Positions 20,776 to 31,340 of a stretch of 64,000 bases of DNA are shown piece after piece. Source of the stretch: Thermodesulfobacteriota bacterium (GTDB taxonomy: Bacteria; Desulfobacterota_D; UBA1144); assembly GCA_029246845.1 (NCBI GenBank), contig JAQWMJ010000040.1, positions 10,763-74,762 on the forward strand. Reading direction: 5' to 3'. How positions within the stretch are numbered: the stretch's first letter is position 1; every line of letters starts with the position of its first letter. The position numbers and the translations under genes were made by a program. The notes below the pieces were generated by a model that saw only the letters and a program-made list of their open reading frames with translations, ran no database searches and had not been told where the DNA came from.

Positions 20776-21989
20776 TTCTTTTTTAACAAATAGTCAATTT
20801 CATAGCCAGTAGCCAATGAACCTATACGGGAGATGACTTCTAAAGATGGGTGTATATAAAGATTACAATCATCATTCTTACAATTCTTACCATCTGCACC
20901 AGGACATAAACATTTAAAATACATTCCTTTAGTATTTAGATTATGCATCGAACCTTTAGAATCATTAACCCTATAAAAGCCCCCTGCTAAAGAAGAGTTT
21001 ATAAGATAATAAACAGGTTCTTTATTCTTATAAATCGTCTCAACTCCTTCTTGAAGAATTATGTTTTTTAAAAAACTACCGCCTTTAGAAACTTTCATCT
21101 TCTTTCTACCATCTCTATTTAAAGATAATAATTCCTCTCCTTTTTGAACTTGCATTACGGCCATACCATAAGTACCGGTATTATTTTTTATAAAAATCAA
21201 TGGATTTTTTACTTCATAGCGGCCTACTAATTCTCTTATCATTTCATTTGTTAAGTCTGCAAGTCTCTCTCGATCTTCAAGGATATCAAAATTTATATCT
21301 TCAACTAACCTAGTAGCCAATGAAAAATTAAAAGAATCTAGATTTAGCATTTCAGAAAATTCAGTTACTAACTTATTGTAAAATTCAAAATGAATATTTT
21401 TCTTACGTGAATGCCACCCTACTTCAGTTGGTGGAACAACGAGCTGGTCCAAGTTTTCTAATATTGCGGGTGAAGAATCTGATAAATCATTATTAAGCAG
21501 AACTAGGTCTGGTTCAAAGTCATCCAAAAAGATTTTATCTCCTACTCTTTTAATCTTACTAGCTAAAACTTTTTCATTATCAGAAGCAGTAAATTCATAC
21601 TCTCCAAAATCTCCATCGTATAAACCAACCCTAACTTTTAAGTTCGCCTTTTCCAGAATCTTTACTAGTGAAAGTATATTGTCCCAATAAAAATTATTTC
21701 TTGTATGAAATTCAGGAACTATTAGAACCTTCTTAATTTTACTGGAATGGCTCTCAGACTTAAAATCTCTTGTTAATTTTGCCGCTTGATCAATAAAAGT
21801 AGTAGAAAGGTTATTAAAGCCCCCCGGAAAAATATTAGTATCTACAGCGGTTATCTTATTCTCAGAAACTCTTAAATCGACAGAAGTATAAAAGGGTATT
21901 TTAACTTCTCCTTGCTTCTTTCTAAACCAATCCGCAATCTTATCTTGATTTAGCAGAACAACTTCATCTATTTTTTCCAAAAAGGTCAT
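20736..21989 (-). CDS. Conserved hypothetical protein; possibly an ATP-grasp-like acid--amine ligase (speculatively the rare 'ferrooxidans-type' glutamate--cysteine ligase family)
   Basis: 417 aa with no unambiguous motif. IKNNTGTYGMAVMQV resembles the ATP-grasp K-x-x-x-G-x-x-G-x-G-V loop. C-terminal 4-Cys cluster CLCPGADGKNCKNDDCN. 40-nt convergent overlap with the ClC gene. 53 nt upstream of the DsbA-like gene on the same strand. Confidence 0.3.
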   Translation of the reverse strand: MTFLEKIDEVVLLNQDKIADWFRKKQGEVKIPFYTSVDLRVSENKITAVDTNIFPGGFNNLSTTFIDQAAKLTRDFKSESHSSKIKKVLIVPEFHTRNNFYWDNILSLVKILEKANLKVRVGLYDGDFGEYEFTASDNEKVLASKIKRVGDKIFLDDFEPDLVLLNNDLSDSSPAILENLDQLVVPPTEVGWHSRKKNIHFEFYNKLVTEFSEMLNLDSFNFSLATRLVEDINFDILEDRERLADLTNEMIRELVGRYEVKNPLIFIKNNTGTYGMAVMQVQKGEELLSLNRDGRKKMKVSKGGSFLKNIILQEGVETIYKNKEPVYYLINSSLAGGFYRVNDSKGSMHNLNTKGMYFKCLCPGADGKNCKNDDCNLYIHPSLEVISRIGSLATGYEIDYLLKKNHSSDDSSLSALL

Positions 21990-22042
21990 ATTTTCTTAAT
22001 CAGCTTAGGCAAAATCTCTTTTACAGCTTGAATCAAACAGTA

Positions 22043-22906
22043 CTAATTCTTAATAAAGCTGTCAATTGCTTCTTTTATTTTCATGTAATCAGCACCAGGG
22101 ACAATATGTCCTTCTACAATGAAAGTTGGAGTGGATCTAATGCCAATACCAACTCCTTCATCAACGCTTGATTTCACAAACTTCTTATACTTTTCAGACT
22201 TATCAAGACATGAACTATAATTAAATTTAACTTCTGACACAAATACACTACCAACAACTTCATTGAATGATAGTTCGTTAAATTGGTCTTGATTATCAAA
22301 TATTAAATCATGCGATTTCCAGAAAGCTTCTTGACCAAAAGTATCGTAAACACAAGAAGTAAAAAATGCTGCGTCATCAGCCCATTTGTGTTGTTTTAAA
22401 GGGTAGTGTTTATAATAAAAAGTTATCTTTTCTCCATACTCTGATTGCAACCTTTTAACTTGATTTGATCCATACTTACAAGCAGGGCACTGAAAATCGG
22501 AATATTCAACAATTCTAATAGCACCTACTGTATTATTTGTTCTTGGAACATCTGTAAGATTTATTAAATTCATTAAATCAGGATTTCTAATTGGACCAGA
22601 AAAATCATAGATTTGTGGTTGAAAGATTATGTATTTACCATTATTCGAAATAAAAAAAGTTAGCTGTTGAGTTTCATCTATTTTTTTGAACAGTATTACG
22701 CCTTCTTTTAGACCCTCAATTGGAGAGTCTTTAATAGCACTAATTGTCACTAGTGAATCTTCGGGAATGATAGATGAAAATTTTGATTTAAAATCTTTAA
22801 GAATCTTATTTTTATCCAAAACAATTTCTTTTTCTTTAGTATTATCAAAAGAATCACATCCCAAAAGAAAAAGGATTAAAAAAAAAGTTAGCCTAAATAA
22901 ATTCAT
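22043..22906 (-). CDS. DsbA-family thiol:disulfide oxidoreductase, lipoprotein (thioredoxin fold)
   Basis: 287 aa. Lipoprotein signal MNLFRLTFFLILFLLGC. CPACK active site (FQCPACKY) in the C-terminal thioredoxin-like domain. 4-nt overlap with purB. Confidence 0.8.
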   Translation of the reverse strand: MNLFRLTFFLILFLLGCDSFDNTKEKEIVLDKNKILKDFKSKFSSIIPEDSLVTISAIKDSPIEGLKEGVILFKKIDETQQLTFFISNNGKYIIFQPQIYDFSGPIRNPDLMNLINLTDVPRTNNTVGAIRIVEYSDFQCPACKYGSNQVKRLQSEYGEKITFYYKHYPLKQHKWADDAAFFTSCVYDTFGQEAFWKSHDLIFDNQDQFNELSFNEVVGSVFVSEVKFNYSSCLDKSEKYKKFVKSSVDEGVGIGIRSTPTFIVEGHIVPGADYMKIKEAIDSFIKN

Positions 22907-24219
22907 TGTTTAATTACTCTTGCTAGAATTATCTGAGCATTCTTATATAAATTCTTAAATGCAAAGCAATTTTCAAGCTCTTTTTTGTTCAGAATCTTCA
23001 TGATTTTAGGGTCTGCTAAAAGTAAATCTTTAAAATTTTTATCATTATTCCAAGACTGAAAAGCTAAATCTTGAACCATTTTATAAGACTCTTCTCGGGA
23101 CAAACCTTTCTCTATTAGCTTTACTAGTATATTTTGGGAAAATATAACACCATTTGTCTTCCATATATTTGAAAGCATATTCTCTTTATAGACATTAAGA
23201 TTAGCCAGCATATAGTTCCCTCTAGCTAGCATGAAATGAACTAATGTTGAAGAATCTGGACCAATGACTCTCTCAACTGAGGAATGACTAATATCTCGCT
23301 CGTGCCACAATGGTATATTTTCAAAAGAGGCATTCGCATTAGACCTAACTATTCTGGCTAATCCAGACAGATTCTCAGATAGTATTGGATTCCTCTTATG
23401 TGGCATAGCAGAAGACCCCTTTTGTCCTTTTGAAAAAGGTTCTTCAACTTCTAAAACTTCTGTTCTCTGCATGTGACGAATCTGAACCGAGATCCTTTCA
23501 ATAGAGGAAGCTATAAAAGCTAGAGCTGTAAAAAATTCGGCATGATAGTCTCTATTGATAATTTGACTACTTATCTTTGCTGGTTTCAACTTTAAGATTG
23601 AACACGCCTTTGCCTCTACTTTTGGAAGTACATTCGAATAAGTACCCACGGCGCCAGACATTTTTCCAACACTACATACTTTTATAGATCTTTCTAATCT
23701 TTCCTTTGCCCTCTTAATTTCGTCTAACCAATTCGCAACAACTAAACCAAAAGTAGTTACCTCGGCATGTATCCCATGGGATCTCCCCATTATAGGTGTC
23801 TTAATATGCTTTTTAGCAAGCCTTGTAAGGACTTTTATAGTTTCATTTAATTCTTTTTTTACTAGATTTCCTGAATCAACAATTAGAAGAGATAGAGATG
23901 TATCTAAGACATCAGAAGAGGTCAACCCTAAATGAACGAACCTTGAATCCTTTCCGATAGATTTTGCAAGATTTGTTGTAAAAGCTATGACATCATGCTT
24001 AATAACTTTTTCAAGTTTATCAATTTCTTTAGTTTTAAATTTTGCCCTTTTCTTTATTCTTAAAAAAGATGCTTTAGGTATATGTCCGTAAAAAGCCCAT
24101 GCTTCACAAACTGCAAGTTCAACCTCTAGCCATTTCTGATATTTATTATCATCCGACCAAAGATTTTGCATTTCTTTAGTACTATATCTATCTATCATTT
24201 GATTCAATATATTATACAC
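22903..24219 (-). CDS. purB: Adenylosuccinate lyase
   Basis: 438 aa. Fumarate-lyase signature SSAMPHKRNP (GSSxMPxKxN). Collinear with PurB. Confidence 0.9.
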   Translation of the reverse strand: MYNILNQMIDRYSTKEMQNLWSDDNKYQKWLEVELAVCEAWAFYGHIPKASFLRIKKRAKFKTKEIDKLEKVIKHDVIAFTTNLAKSIGKDSRFVHLGLTSSDVLDTSLSLLIVDSGNLVKKELNETIKVLTRLAKKHIKTPIMGRSHGIHAEVTTFGLVVANWLDEIKRAKERLERSIKVCSVGKMSGAVGTYSNVLPKVEAKACSILKLKPAKISSQIINRDYHAEFFTALAFIASSIERISVQIRHMQRTEVLEVEEPFSKGQKGSSAMPHKRNPILSENLSGLARIVRSNANASFENIPLWHERDISHSSVERVIGPDSSTLVHFMLARGNYMLANLNVYKENMLSNIWKTNGVIFSQNILVKLIEKGLSREESYKMVQDLAFQSWNNDKNFKDLLLADPKIMKILNKKELENCFAFKNLYKNAQIILARVIKQ

Positions 24220-24277
24220 AGATTTAAAATGTGTTACATAAACTTGTTAATTACCTTTGATTCATTATAATTTTTAA

Positions 24278-25276
24278 ATGAGTCCCTTAAGGATAATTTT
24301 TTCAATACTAAGTTCTATCGCAGGGTTCTGGATTACTTTAGGTAATTTAAAGTCAGCAGGAAACTTGATTCTTCCATATTCTGTTGGTATCGGAATCTTT
24401 TGTGGTTTGCTAACCTTTTTCTTTGTATATTATTCCGAAAAACTTTTCACTGATTTAAGTGCCAAGGCCTTAATTGGTGGAACCATCGGTACTGCAGCCG
24501 CATTGCTATTCTTTTTAACTTTTGCTTATTTCTCCGAGATAATTGGTCTAAGTAGTAGATACCCTTTTTATACTTATCCTATTGTCTTTTTATCCGTTCT
24601 CTGTCTGGGAATTGCAGTAGGTCTAAAAAAGGGTGGTGGGAATGAACAAGAAAATAAAAAACTAAATGAATTCTTTCACAGTAAAGTGCTTGATACTAGT
24701 GCAATTATCGATGGAAGAATTTCTGATATTTCAAAAGCTGGTTTTGTTGAAGGCACAATAATTGTTCCACAATTTGTTATTCGAGAGTTACAGTGGATTG
24801 CCGATTCCAATGATAGTCTCAAGAAATTAAGAGGAAGAAGGGGCCTCGAGATACTGAAGTCTATGCAAGACCAAAAAGATATTAAAGTTAAAATTTTTGA
24901 TAGAGACTTTACAAATATAAAAGAGGTAGATCTGAAGCTTGTTAGACTTGCAAAAGAATTAACCGCTCACTTGGTGACTAATGATTTCAACCTTACTAAG
25001 GTTGCCAACCTACAGGGTGTCAGAGTCTTAAACGTTAATCAGCTAGCAAACTCGCTAAGGCCGGTGATACTCCCTGGTGAGAAGATGAAAATTAAAGTAT
25101 CTAAATCGGGAAAGGATGATAAGCAGGGTGTTGGATATCTAGATGACGGTACTATGGTAGTAATAGATAACGGGAAAAAACATATTAGTGAATTTATTGA
25201 TATCATTATTACTAGCGTAATTCAAACTCCTACTGGAAGAATGATTTTCTCTAAAGTCGGTGATTTGCATGATTAA
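24278..25276 (+). CDS. PIN/TRAM domain-containing membrane protein (YacL-like)
   Basis: 332 aa. 3-4 N-terminal TM helices. PIN domain (VLDTSAIIDGRISDI...). C-terminal TRAM-like beta-barrel (KMKIKVSKSGKDDKQGVGYLDDGTMVVIDNG). It sits immediately upstream of ispD-ispF, as yacL does in Bacillus. Confidence 0.8.
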   Translation: MSPLRIIFSILSSIAGFWITLGNLKSAGNLILPYSVGIGIFCGLLTFFFVYYSEKLFTDLSAKALIGGTIGTAAALLFFLTFAYFSEIIGLSSRYPFYTYPIVFLSVLCLGIAVGLKKGGGNEQENKKLNEFFHSKVLDTSAIIDGRISDISKAGFVEGTIIVPQFVIRELQWIADSNDSLKKLRGRRGLEILKSMQDQKDIKVKIFDRDFTNIKEVDLKLVRLAKELTAHLVTNDFNLTKVANLQGVRVLNVNQLANSLRPVILPGEKMKIKVSKSGKDDKQGVGYLDDGTMVVIDNGKKHISEFIDIIITSVIQTPTGRMIFSKVGDLHD

Positions 25277-25300
25277 AATAGTTACTTATTATTAATTCTT

Positions 25301-25987
25301 ATGCTACAACCAAAGTTATCTTTTATAGTTACAGCTGCAGGAAAAGGAATAAGGTATGGAAATAGTACTGCTAAGCAATTTAAGAAAATAAATGGCATAC
25401 CTATATATATCTACTCTCTACTATCAATTGTTAAACTTAAAAATGTTGACGAAGTGCTTCTGACTATCAATAAATCAATCGGAATAGCATCTTTAAAGAA
25501 CGAGCTAAAAAAATATAGGCTAGATAAAGTAAAGGTTGTAATTGGGTCAGACACAAGAGCAGAAAGTGTTTATACCGCCTTTAATAAAATAGAAGGGAAG
25601 CCAGGTTTTGTTGTAATACATGATTCAGTAAGACCTAATTTTAATTTCGCTCTAATAAACAAAATCATTCAACAAATTAAAAATAATTCAGGGATAATTG
25701 TTGGCAGTAAAATCCAAGATACTATTAAAACAATTAGTGGAAATTCTCTAAGAGGAACTGTAAATAGAGATAAGTTGTGGGTAGCAGAAACCCCACAAAT
25801 TTTTAAGTACAGTGCACTAAAAAAATGCTACTTAAATAGTATTGACTTCACTTCTTATACTGACGAGTGTCAATTGATGGAAAGAAATAATTTTAAAGTT
25901 AAAATATTTGAGAATCTTGAATATAATAATAAAATAACTACAAAAAAGGATTTTGATGTTTACAAAAAGTTGTTGAGATATGTATAG
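25301..25987 (+). CDS. ispD: 2-C-methyl-D-erythritol 4-phosphate cytidylyltransferase
   Basis: 228 aa. N-terminal FIVTAAGKGIRYG (nucleotidyltransferase P-loop-like AAGxGxR) and ETPQ motif (VAETPQIF). Followed by ispF with an 8-nt overlap. Confidence 0.85.
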   Translation: MLQPKLSFIVTAAGKGIRYGNSTAKQFKKINGIPIYIYSLLSIVKLKNVDEVLLTINKSIGIASLKNELKKYRLDKVKVVIGSDTRAESVYTAFNKIEGKPGFVVIHDSVRPNFNFALINKIIQQIKNNSGIIVGSKIQDTIKTISGNSLRGTVNRDKLWVAETPQIFKYSALKKCYLNSIDFTSYTDECQLMERNNFKVKIFENLEYNNKITTKKDFDVYKKLLRYV

Positions 25988-26459
25988 AATAGGACTTGGT
26001 TTTGATATTCATAAAACTTCAGAAAAAAGAGAGCTTTTTATCGGTGGAATAAAAATACCTTCAAAATTTGGTCTTCTAGGACATTCTGATGCTGATGTAT
26101 TAATACATTCTATATGTGACGCAATTTTAGGTGCCCTTGCATTGGGAGACATCGGAGAACACTTCAGTGATAAAGATCCAAAGAATAAGAATAAAAAAAG
26201 TAGCTTCTTTCTTAAAAAAATTATCAAAATGTTAAGAGATAGAGACTTTAAAATAGTAAATATTGATTCAACAATTATATGTGAAAAGCCTCAAATGCTA
26301 AAATATAAAAGAAAAATTAAGCAGTCACTTGCTTCTATAATGAAAATGGATGTTGATGATATCTCTGTAAAAGCAACAACCTTTGAAAAGCTTGGCCCTA
26401 TAGGAAACAATGAGGGTATCGCTTGTAAAACTATAGCATTACTCGAGAAAAAAAAATAA
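25980..26459 (+). CDS. ispF: 2-C-methyl-D-erythritol 2,4-cyclodiphosphate synthase
   Basis: 159 aa. MYRIGLGFDIHK...GHSDADVLIHSICDAILGALALGDIGEHF is the canonical IspF zinc/His motif region. Confidence 0.9.
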   Translation: MYRIGLGFDIHKTSEKRELFIGGIKIPSKFGLLGHSDADVLIHSICDAILGALALGDIGEHFSDKDPKNKNKKSSFFLKKIIKMLRDRDFKIVNIDSTIICEKPQMLKYKRKIKQSLASIMKMDVDDISVKATTFEKLGPIGNNEGIACKTIALLEKKK

Positions 26460-26466
26460 AGAAAAA

Positions 26467-27351
26467 ATGATTTTTGAAAATAAAAAGAACACATTCTTAG
26501 GAATCAAAGATTCAAGGACCCCTAACACAGATGTAATAATCGTCCCATACCCTTTGGAGAACTCCGTATGCTATGGGAAAGGGACAAGGATGGGTCCTGG
26601 TGAGATTATTAAAGCATCGCACCAACTAGAGCTTTATGATGAAGATTTAAAATATGAGCCCTGCACGAGAATCAATATAAAGACAATTAAAACCAATTTG
26701 CCACCAAAAAATAATATTGAAGCAGTAGATGAAATAGAAAAGATAATTACAGATATTTTAAATATTAAAAAATTTCCTTTCATCTTTGGAGGTGAGCACA
26801 CAATAACTGTCGGAGCTATAAATGCTTTTGCTAAATTTAAACAACCGCTAACTGTAGTTCAATTTGATGCTCATGCAGATTTAAGGAATGAATATCAGTC
26901 TAATATTTTATCTCATGCTTGCACAATGAGAAGATGCATGGATTTGAAAAATATTAATATAATATCTATCGGTACAAGGAGCATTTCCAGAAGTGAAGCA
27001 ATATTTTTAGAAAACAATAAAGATAGAATTGATATTTTTTCTGCTAAAGATAAGGACAACTGGGACACTAATAAATTTGCAGAGTTAATTAAAAATAAAA
27101 ATGTTTATATTACTTTTGATGTTGATGCATTTGACTCTAGTATAATGCCTGCTACAGGGACACCTGAACCAGGAGGCTTACTTTGGGATGAAGTTCTTAA
27201 GTTAATAAAAATTATTTCTACAAATTCTAATGTTGTAGGTGCAGACATTAACGAACTTGCTCCAATAAAAAATTTAGATTCATGTAATTTTCTAATTGCT
27301 AAACTAGCTTATAAAATTATATCATTAGTCTTCCATTCAAAAAAATGCTAG
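26467..27351 (+). CDS. speB: Arginase/agmatinase/formiminoglutamase-family ureohydrolase (probable agmatinase)
   Basis: 294 aa. Binuclear-Mn ligand motifs GGEHTIT, DAHADL, and TFDVDAFDSSIMPATGTPEPGGL (DxDxxDP...GTPEPGG). Confidence 0.72.
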   Translation: MIFENKKNTFLGIKDSRTPNTDVIIVPYPLENSVCYGKGTRMGPGEIIKASHQLELYDEDLKYEPCTRINIKTIKTNLPPKNNIEAVDEIEKIITDILNIKKFPFIFGGEHTITVGAINAFAKFKQPLTVVQFDAHADLRNEYQSNILSHACTMRRCMDLKNINIISIGTRSISRSEAIFLENNKDRIDIFSAKDKDNWDTNKFAELIKNKNVYITFDVDAFDSSIMPATGTPEPGGLLWDEVLKLIKIISTNSNVVGADINELAPIKNLDSCNFLIAKLAYKIISLVFHSKKC

Positions 27352-27417
27352 CGAATACCAATAATTTCTTCATAGTGTATATTTAATGTATTAAAAACAA
27401 TAAAGTGAGGTATTACC

Positions 27418-28020
27418 ATGGCTTATGAATTACCAGAATTAAAATACTCTTTTGATGCATTGGAACCCTATATTGATACACAAACTATGGAGATCCACTA
27501 TTCCAAACATCATCAAACCTATATAACAAATTTGAATAAAGCGCTGGATTCATATCCTGAGCTTTTTGAAAAAAACATAGAAGATCTTCTAGTTAATTTG
27601 GATCAAATCCCAGAATCAATTAGAGTCGCTGTACGTAACGGTGGTGGAGGTCATTATAATCATTCATTATTCTGGGAAACAATAGGACCAAAAACCGAGA
27701 ACAAAATCAGCGAGAAAATGAACTTTTTAATCTCTGAATCTTTTGATAGCTTTAATAACTTCAAAGCAGAGTTCACAGAAAAGGCTACTAAGCAGTTTGG
27801 TAGCGGATGGGGATGGCTAGCCCAAGACAACGGAGGAAAACTAGTAACACTTTCTACTCCTAACCAAGACACACCCCTTTCATCTGGTCTAAATCCAATC
27901 TTAGGAATTGATGTCTGGGAACATGCTTATTACTTAAACTATCAGAACAGAAGGCCAGATTATATAAATGCTTTCTGGGAAATAATTAACTGGGAAGTGG
28001 TTGAAAGTAAGCTGAAATAA
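27418..28020 (+). CDS. sodB: Fe/Mn superoxide dismutase
   Basis: 200 aa. [18 protein letters not shown]...[10 protein letters not shown]-terminal DVWEHAYYL metal-ligand motif. The symbol reflects family; Fe versus Mn specificity cannot be determined from sequence. Confidence 0.93.
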   Translation: MAYELPELKYSFDALEPYIDTQTMEIHYSKHHQTYITNLNKALDSYPELFEKNIEDLLVNLDQIPESIRVAVRNGGGGHYNHSLFWETIGPKTENKISEKMNFLISESFDSFNNFKAEFTEKATKQFGSGWGWLAQDNGGKLVTLSTPNQDTPLSSGLNPILGIDVWEHAYYLNYQNRRPDYINAFWEIINWEVVESKLK

Positions 28021-29696
28021 TGAAAAACAAGAAGTTTTCCTCATATATAACAAATGGTCTTGATAAAGCACCAAATAGAGCGATGCTTAGAGCTGTAGGT
28101 TTTACTAACCCAGATTTTGATAAGCCTATAATAGGAATAGCGTCCACTTGGGCAATGGTTACTCCTTGCAATATGCATATTAACGGATTAGCAGATCATG
28201 CCGCTAAGGGTACTAATACCAACGGAGGGAAGGCGGTAATTTTCAATACTATTACTGTATCAGATGGTATTTCAATGGGTACTCCTGGAATGAAGTACTC
28301 TCTGATATCTAGAGAAGTCATAGCAGACTCTATAGAAACTGTTTCTGCAGCTGAAGGCTTTGATGGTTTAATTACAATTGGTGGATGTGATAAAAATATG
28401 CCAGGCTGTCTTATAGCTATAGCCAGACTCAATAGACCATCCATTTTTATTTATGGTGGCTCAATAATGCCTGGAAGACATAAGAATAAACCTATCGATG
28501 TGGTTTCTGTCTTTGAAGCTGTGGGTTCATATTCAAATAAACAAATTTCTAGAAAAGAATTAGAAGATATTGAGAAATCTGCTATACCTGGACCAGGCTC
28601 CTGTGGTGGAATGTATACTGCAAATACTATGGCCTCAGCAATTGAAGCTTTAGGAATGAGTATGCCAGGTAGTTCAACACAGATTGCTATATCACCAAAC
28701 AAGAAAAAAGATTGTCTCGACTCGGGAAAAGCACTAATGACTTTAATTAAGAAAAATATAAGACCTAAAGATATAATGACTAAAAAAGCTTTTGAGAATG
28801 CTATAACAGTCACTATTGCCTTAGGTGGCTCAACAAATTCTGTTTTACACCTAATTGCAATGGCAAAAGCAGCACAAATTAAAATAACGATTGACGACTT
28901 CACAAGGATCGGGAAAAAAGTACCAGTTCTTGCTGATTTAAAACCCAGTGGCACACATGTCATGGCTAAATTCTGTCAAATTGGTGGATTACCTCCATTA
29001 CTCAAAAGATTGTTGGACAATAATCTGATTCATGGAGACTGCCTAACAGTCACCGGAAAGACAATGAGAGAAAATTTAAAAAATGTTAAAGATAATTTAG
29101 GAACTAAAATTATAAGAGACATATCGAATCCTATTAAAAAGGATAGTCATCTAGTGATACTTAAGGGGAACATCTCACCTGATGGTTCGGTAGCTAAAAT
29201 TTCTGGCAAAGAAGGTCTTGTTTTTGAGGGTAATGCAATTGTTTTCAATTCAGAAGAAGAGTGTATGGAAGCCATATTAAAGAAAAAGATAAAAAAGGGG
29301 CACGTAATTGTTATAAGATATGAAGGTCCGAGAGGGGGACCTGGAATGAGAGAGATGCTAGCTCCAACATCAGCCATTATGGGACAAGGACTTGGTTCAG
29401 ATGTTGCATTCATAACAGATGGGAGATTTTCTGGTGGTACTCATGGTTTCGTAGTAGGCCATATAACACCAGAGGCTTTTGACGGTGGCTTAATATCTAT
29501 AATTAAGAATAATGATTTAATCAGAATCGACTCCTCTAAGAGAGTCCTTGAAGTTAAAATCCCAAAGAAAGAAATTGCGGCAAGACAAAAGAAATGGAAA
29601 AAACCATCGCAAAAACATCTAACAGGTGCCATATATAAATATTCCGCTTTAGTCAGCTCTGCTTCTGAAGGTGCAATAACAGATGGTAAAAACTAA
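28020..29696 (+). CDS. ilvD: Dihydroxy-acid dehydratase
   Basis: 558 aa. Cys ligands in [10 protein letters not shown] / GGCDKNMPG context. C-terminal ...[21 protein letters not shown]...[13 protein letters not shown]. Its ATG overlaps the sod TAA (TAATG). Confidence 0.95.
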   Translation: MKNKKFSSYITNGLDKAPNRAMLRAVGFTNPDFDKPIIGIASTWAMVTPCNMHINGLADHAAKGTNTNGGKAVIFNTITVSDGISMGTPGMKYSLISREVIADSIETVSAAEGFDGLITIGGCDKNMPGCLIAIARLNRPSIFIYGGSIMPGRHKNKPIDVVSVFEAVGSYSNKQISRKELEDIEKSAIPGPGSCGGMYTANTMASAIEALGMSMPGSSTQIAISPNKKKDCLDSGKALMTLIKKNIRPKDIMTKKAFENAITVTIALGGSTNSVLHLIAMAKAAQIKITIDDFTRIGKKVPVLADLKPSGTHVMAKFCQIGGLPPLLKRLLDNNLIHGDCLTVTGKTMRENLKNVKDNLGTKIIRDISNPIKKDSHLVILKGNISPDGSVAKISGKEGLVFEGNAIVFNSEEECMEAILKKKIKKGHVIVIRYEGPRGGPGMREMLAPTSAIMGQGLGSDVAFITDGRFSGGTHGFVVGHITPEAFDGGLISIIKNNDLIRIDSSKRVLEVKIPKKEIAARQKKWKKPSQKHLTGAIYKYSALVSSASEGAITDGKN

Positions 29697-30909
29697 TAAA
29701 CTCCTCGACTTAGAAAATAAAAAAATACTGGTTGGTGTAACAGGAGGAATTTCTGTCTATAAAGCCTGCGAGATGATTAGACTACTAATGAAAGAAGGGG
29801 CTAATGTAAGAGTAGTAATGACTAAAAATGCTGAGAAATTTGTCAGCAAGATGACTTTTCAGTATTTATCTGGCAACAAAGTGCTATCAAATATGTATGA
29901 TGACACAGAATCAGAAATCTCTCATATAAGCTTAGCTGATACATCAGACTTAATTCTAATATGCCCTGCAACAGCAAACTTTATTTCAAAATATGCTAAC
30001 GGTATTGCTGATAATCTTTTACTTAATATACTTCTTGCGACTAAAGCCAGTGTAATAATCTGCCCGGCTATGAACGTTAATATGTATGAAAATCCACTAA
30101 TCCAAGAGAATATCAAAAAGCTTATTTCTACAGGTGTAGAATTTGTCGAACCTGACAGTGGTGAGCTTGCTTGCGGCTGGGAAGGTAAAGGAAGATTAGC
30201 GGATCTAGATAAGATATTAGAATTTATTAAAAAAAAAGACACTAATCAGGATTTGATTGGAGAAAATATTCTTATAACCTGCGGTGCAACAAGAGAATTC
30301 CTTGACCCTGTAAGATTTATCTCAAATCCCTCATCTGGTAAAATGGGACTGTCTCTAGCTAAAGTACTTGAGGCCAGAGGAGCAAAGACAAAAATTATAT
30401 ATGGTCACATAGATGAAGATATTTCAAACCATAAAAATACAGTACAGTGTGAATCTGTAGAAGAAATGGAGAAGGAAGTATTTAAGGACTTTGAAAATTT
30501 TACGGTAATAATTAAAGCAGCAGCAGTGGGTGATTATAAATTCAAAAGCTTAGAAAAAAATAAAATAAAAAAGGATATGAAATCTCTTAATCTCCAAATG
30601 GAAAAGACTAATGATATTTTGGCAAGAATAGGAAAAGAAAAAAAGCATAATCAAATTCTAATTGGCTTCAGTGCTGAAACTGAGAATACGATTAAAAACG
30701 CAAAGAAGAAAGTTGTTAATAAGAATCTTGATTTGATAATTGCTAATGATATATCAGTTCCTAATTCTGGATTTGGTAAAGACAATAATTTCACTTATAT
30801 GGTAGGAAAGATGAATGAAGTTGAGGAACTAGGATTGATTTCTAAACAGAACTTAGCAATCAAGATAGGTGACTACATTAAAAGTACGAGAATGGAATTA
30901 TCGCAATGA
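29683..30909 (+). CDS. coaBC: Bifunctional phosphopantothenoylcysteine decarboxylase / phosphopantothenate--cysteine ligase
   Basis: 408 aa. N-terminal flavoprotein domain ([23 protein letters not shown]; [11 protein letters not shown]). C-terminal CoaB domain ([25 protein letters not shown]). 14-nt overlap with ilvD. Confidence 0.9.
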   Translation: MVKTNKLLDLENKKILVGVTGGISVYKACEMIRLLMKEGANVRVVMTKNAEKFVSKMTFQYLSGNKVLSNMYDDTESEISHISLADTSDLILICPATANFISKYANGIADNLLLNILLATKASVIICPAMNVNMYENPLIQENIKKLISTGVEFVEPDSGELACGWEGKGRLADLDKILEFIKKKDTNQDLIGENILITCGATREFLDPVRFISNPSSGKMGLSLAKVLEARGAKTKIIYGHIDEDISNHKNTVQCESVEEMEKEVFKDFENFTVIIKAAAVGDYKFKSLEKNKIKKDMKSLNLQMEKTNDILARIGKEKKHNQILIGFSAETENTIKNAKKKVVNKNLDLIIANDISVPNSGFGKDNNFTYMVGKMNEVEELGLISKQNLAIKIGDYIKSTRMELSQ

Positions 30910-30918
30910 TAATCCCAT

Positions 30919-30942
30919 TCAAAAAATCTTATCTATAAGATT
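30919..30942 (-). terminator. Candidate intrinsic terminator for the HU gene
   Basis: Inverted repeat AATCTTAT / ATAAGATT (30925-30932 / 30935-30942) overlapping the HU stop. On the minus strand it is followed by U6 (plus-strand A6 at 30919-30924). The AT-rich stem makes this a weak call. Confidence 0.3.
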
Positions 30943-31211
30943 GAATCTTTACATGCTTTAGCAATTCTGAATTTAACAACCTTTTTGGCTGGTATTTGAA
31001 TTACTTCGCCAGTCTGAGGATTTCTACCCTGTCTTGCTTTTCTATCAACCAAAACGAGTTTTCCTAATCCAGGCACAGTAAATGTTCCACTTGCCTTAGC
31101 TTCCCCACATGCGAGCTCTGCAAAAGACTCCATAAAACGTATTGCATCAGCTTTTGAAATACCTAATTTTTCTGCTAACGCACTAGAAATTTGTGATTTT
31201 GTTAATGCCAT
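30933..31211 (-). CDS. hupB: HU family DNA-binding protein
   Basis: 92 aa. MALTKSQISSALAEKLGISKADA...PGLGKLVLVDRKARQGRNPQTGEVIQIPAKKVVKFR is canonical HU/IHF-fold with the beta-arm RNPQTGE. Confidence 0.9.
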   Translation of the reverse strand: MALTKSQISSALAEKLGISKADAIRFMESFAELACGEAKASGTFTVPGLGKLVLVDRKARQGRNPQTGEVIQIPAKKVVKFRIAKACKDSIL

Positions 31212-31340
31212 AGTGTTAAGCCTCCTAAGTACTAATTATTAATTAATATATTAATCAAAGTACCTTTTTTCCTTATAATAGTTTTTTAATAGTAAAAATG
31301 CAAATTTTATCTTCTAAAATCATGTATATTAATTTGCATA

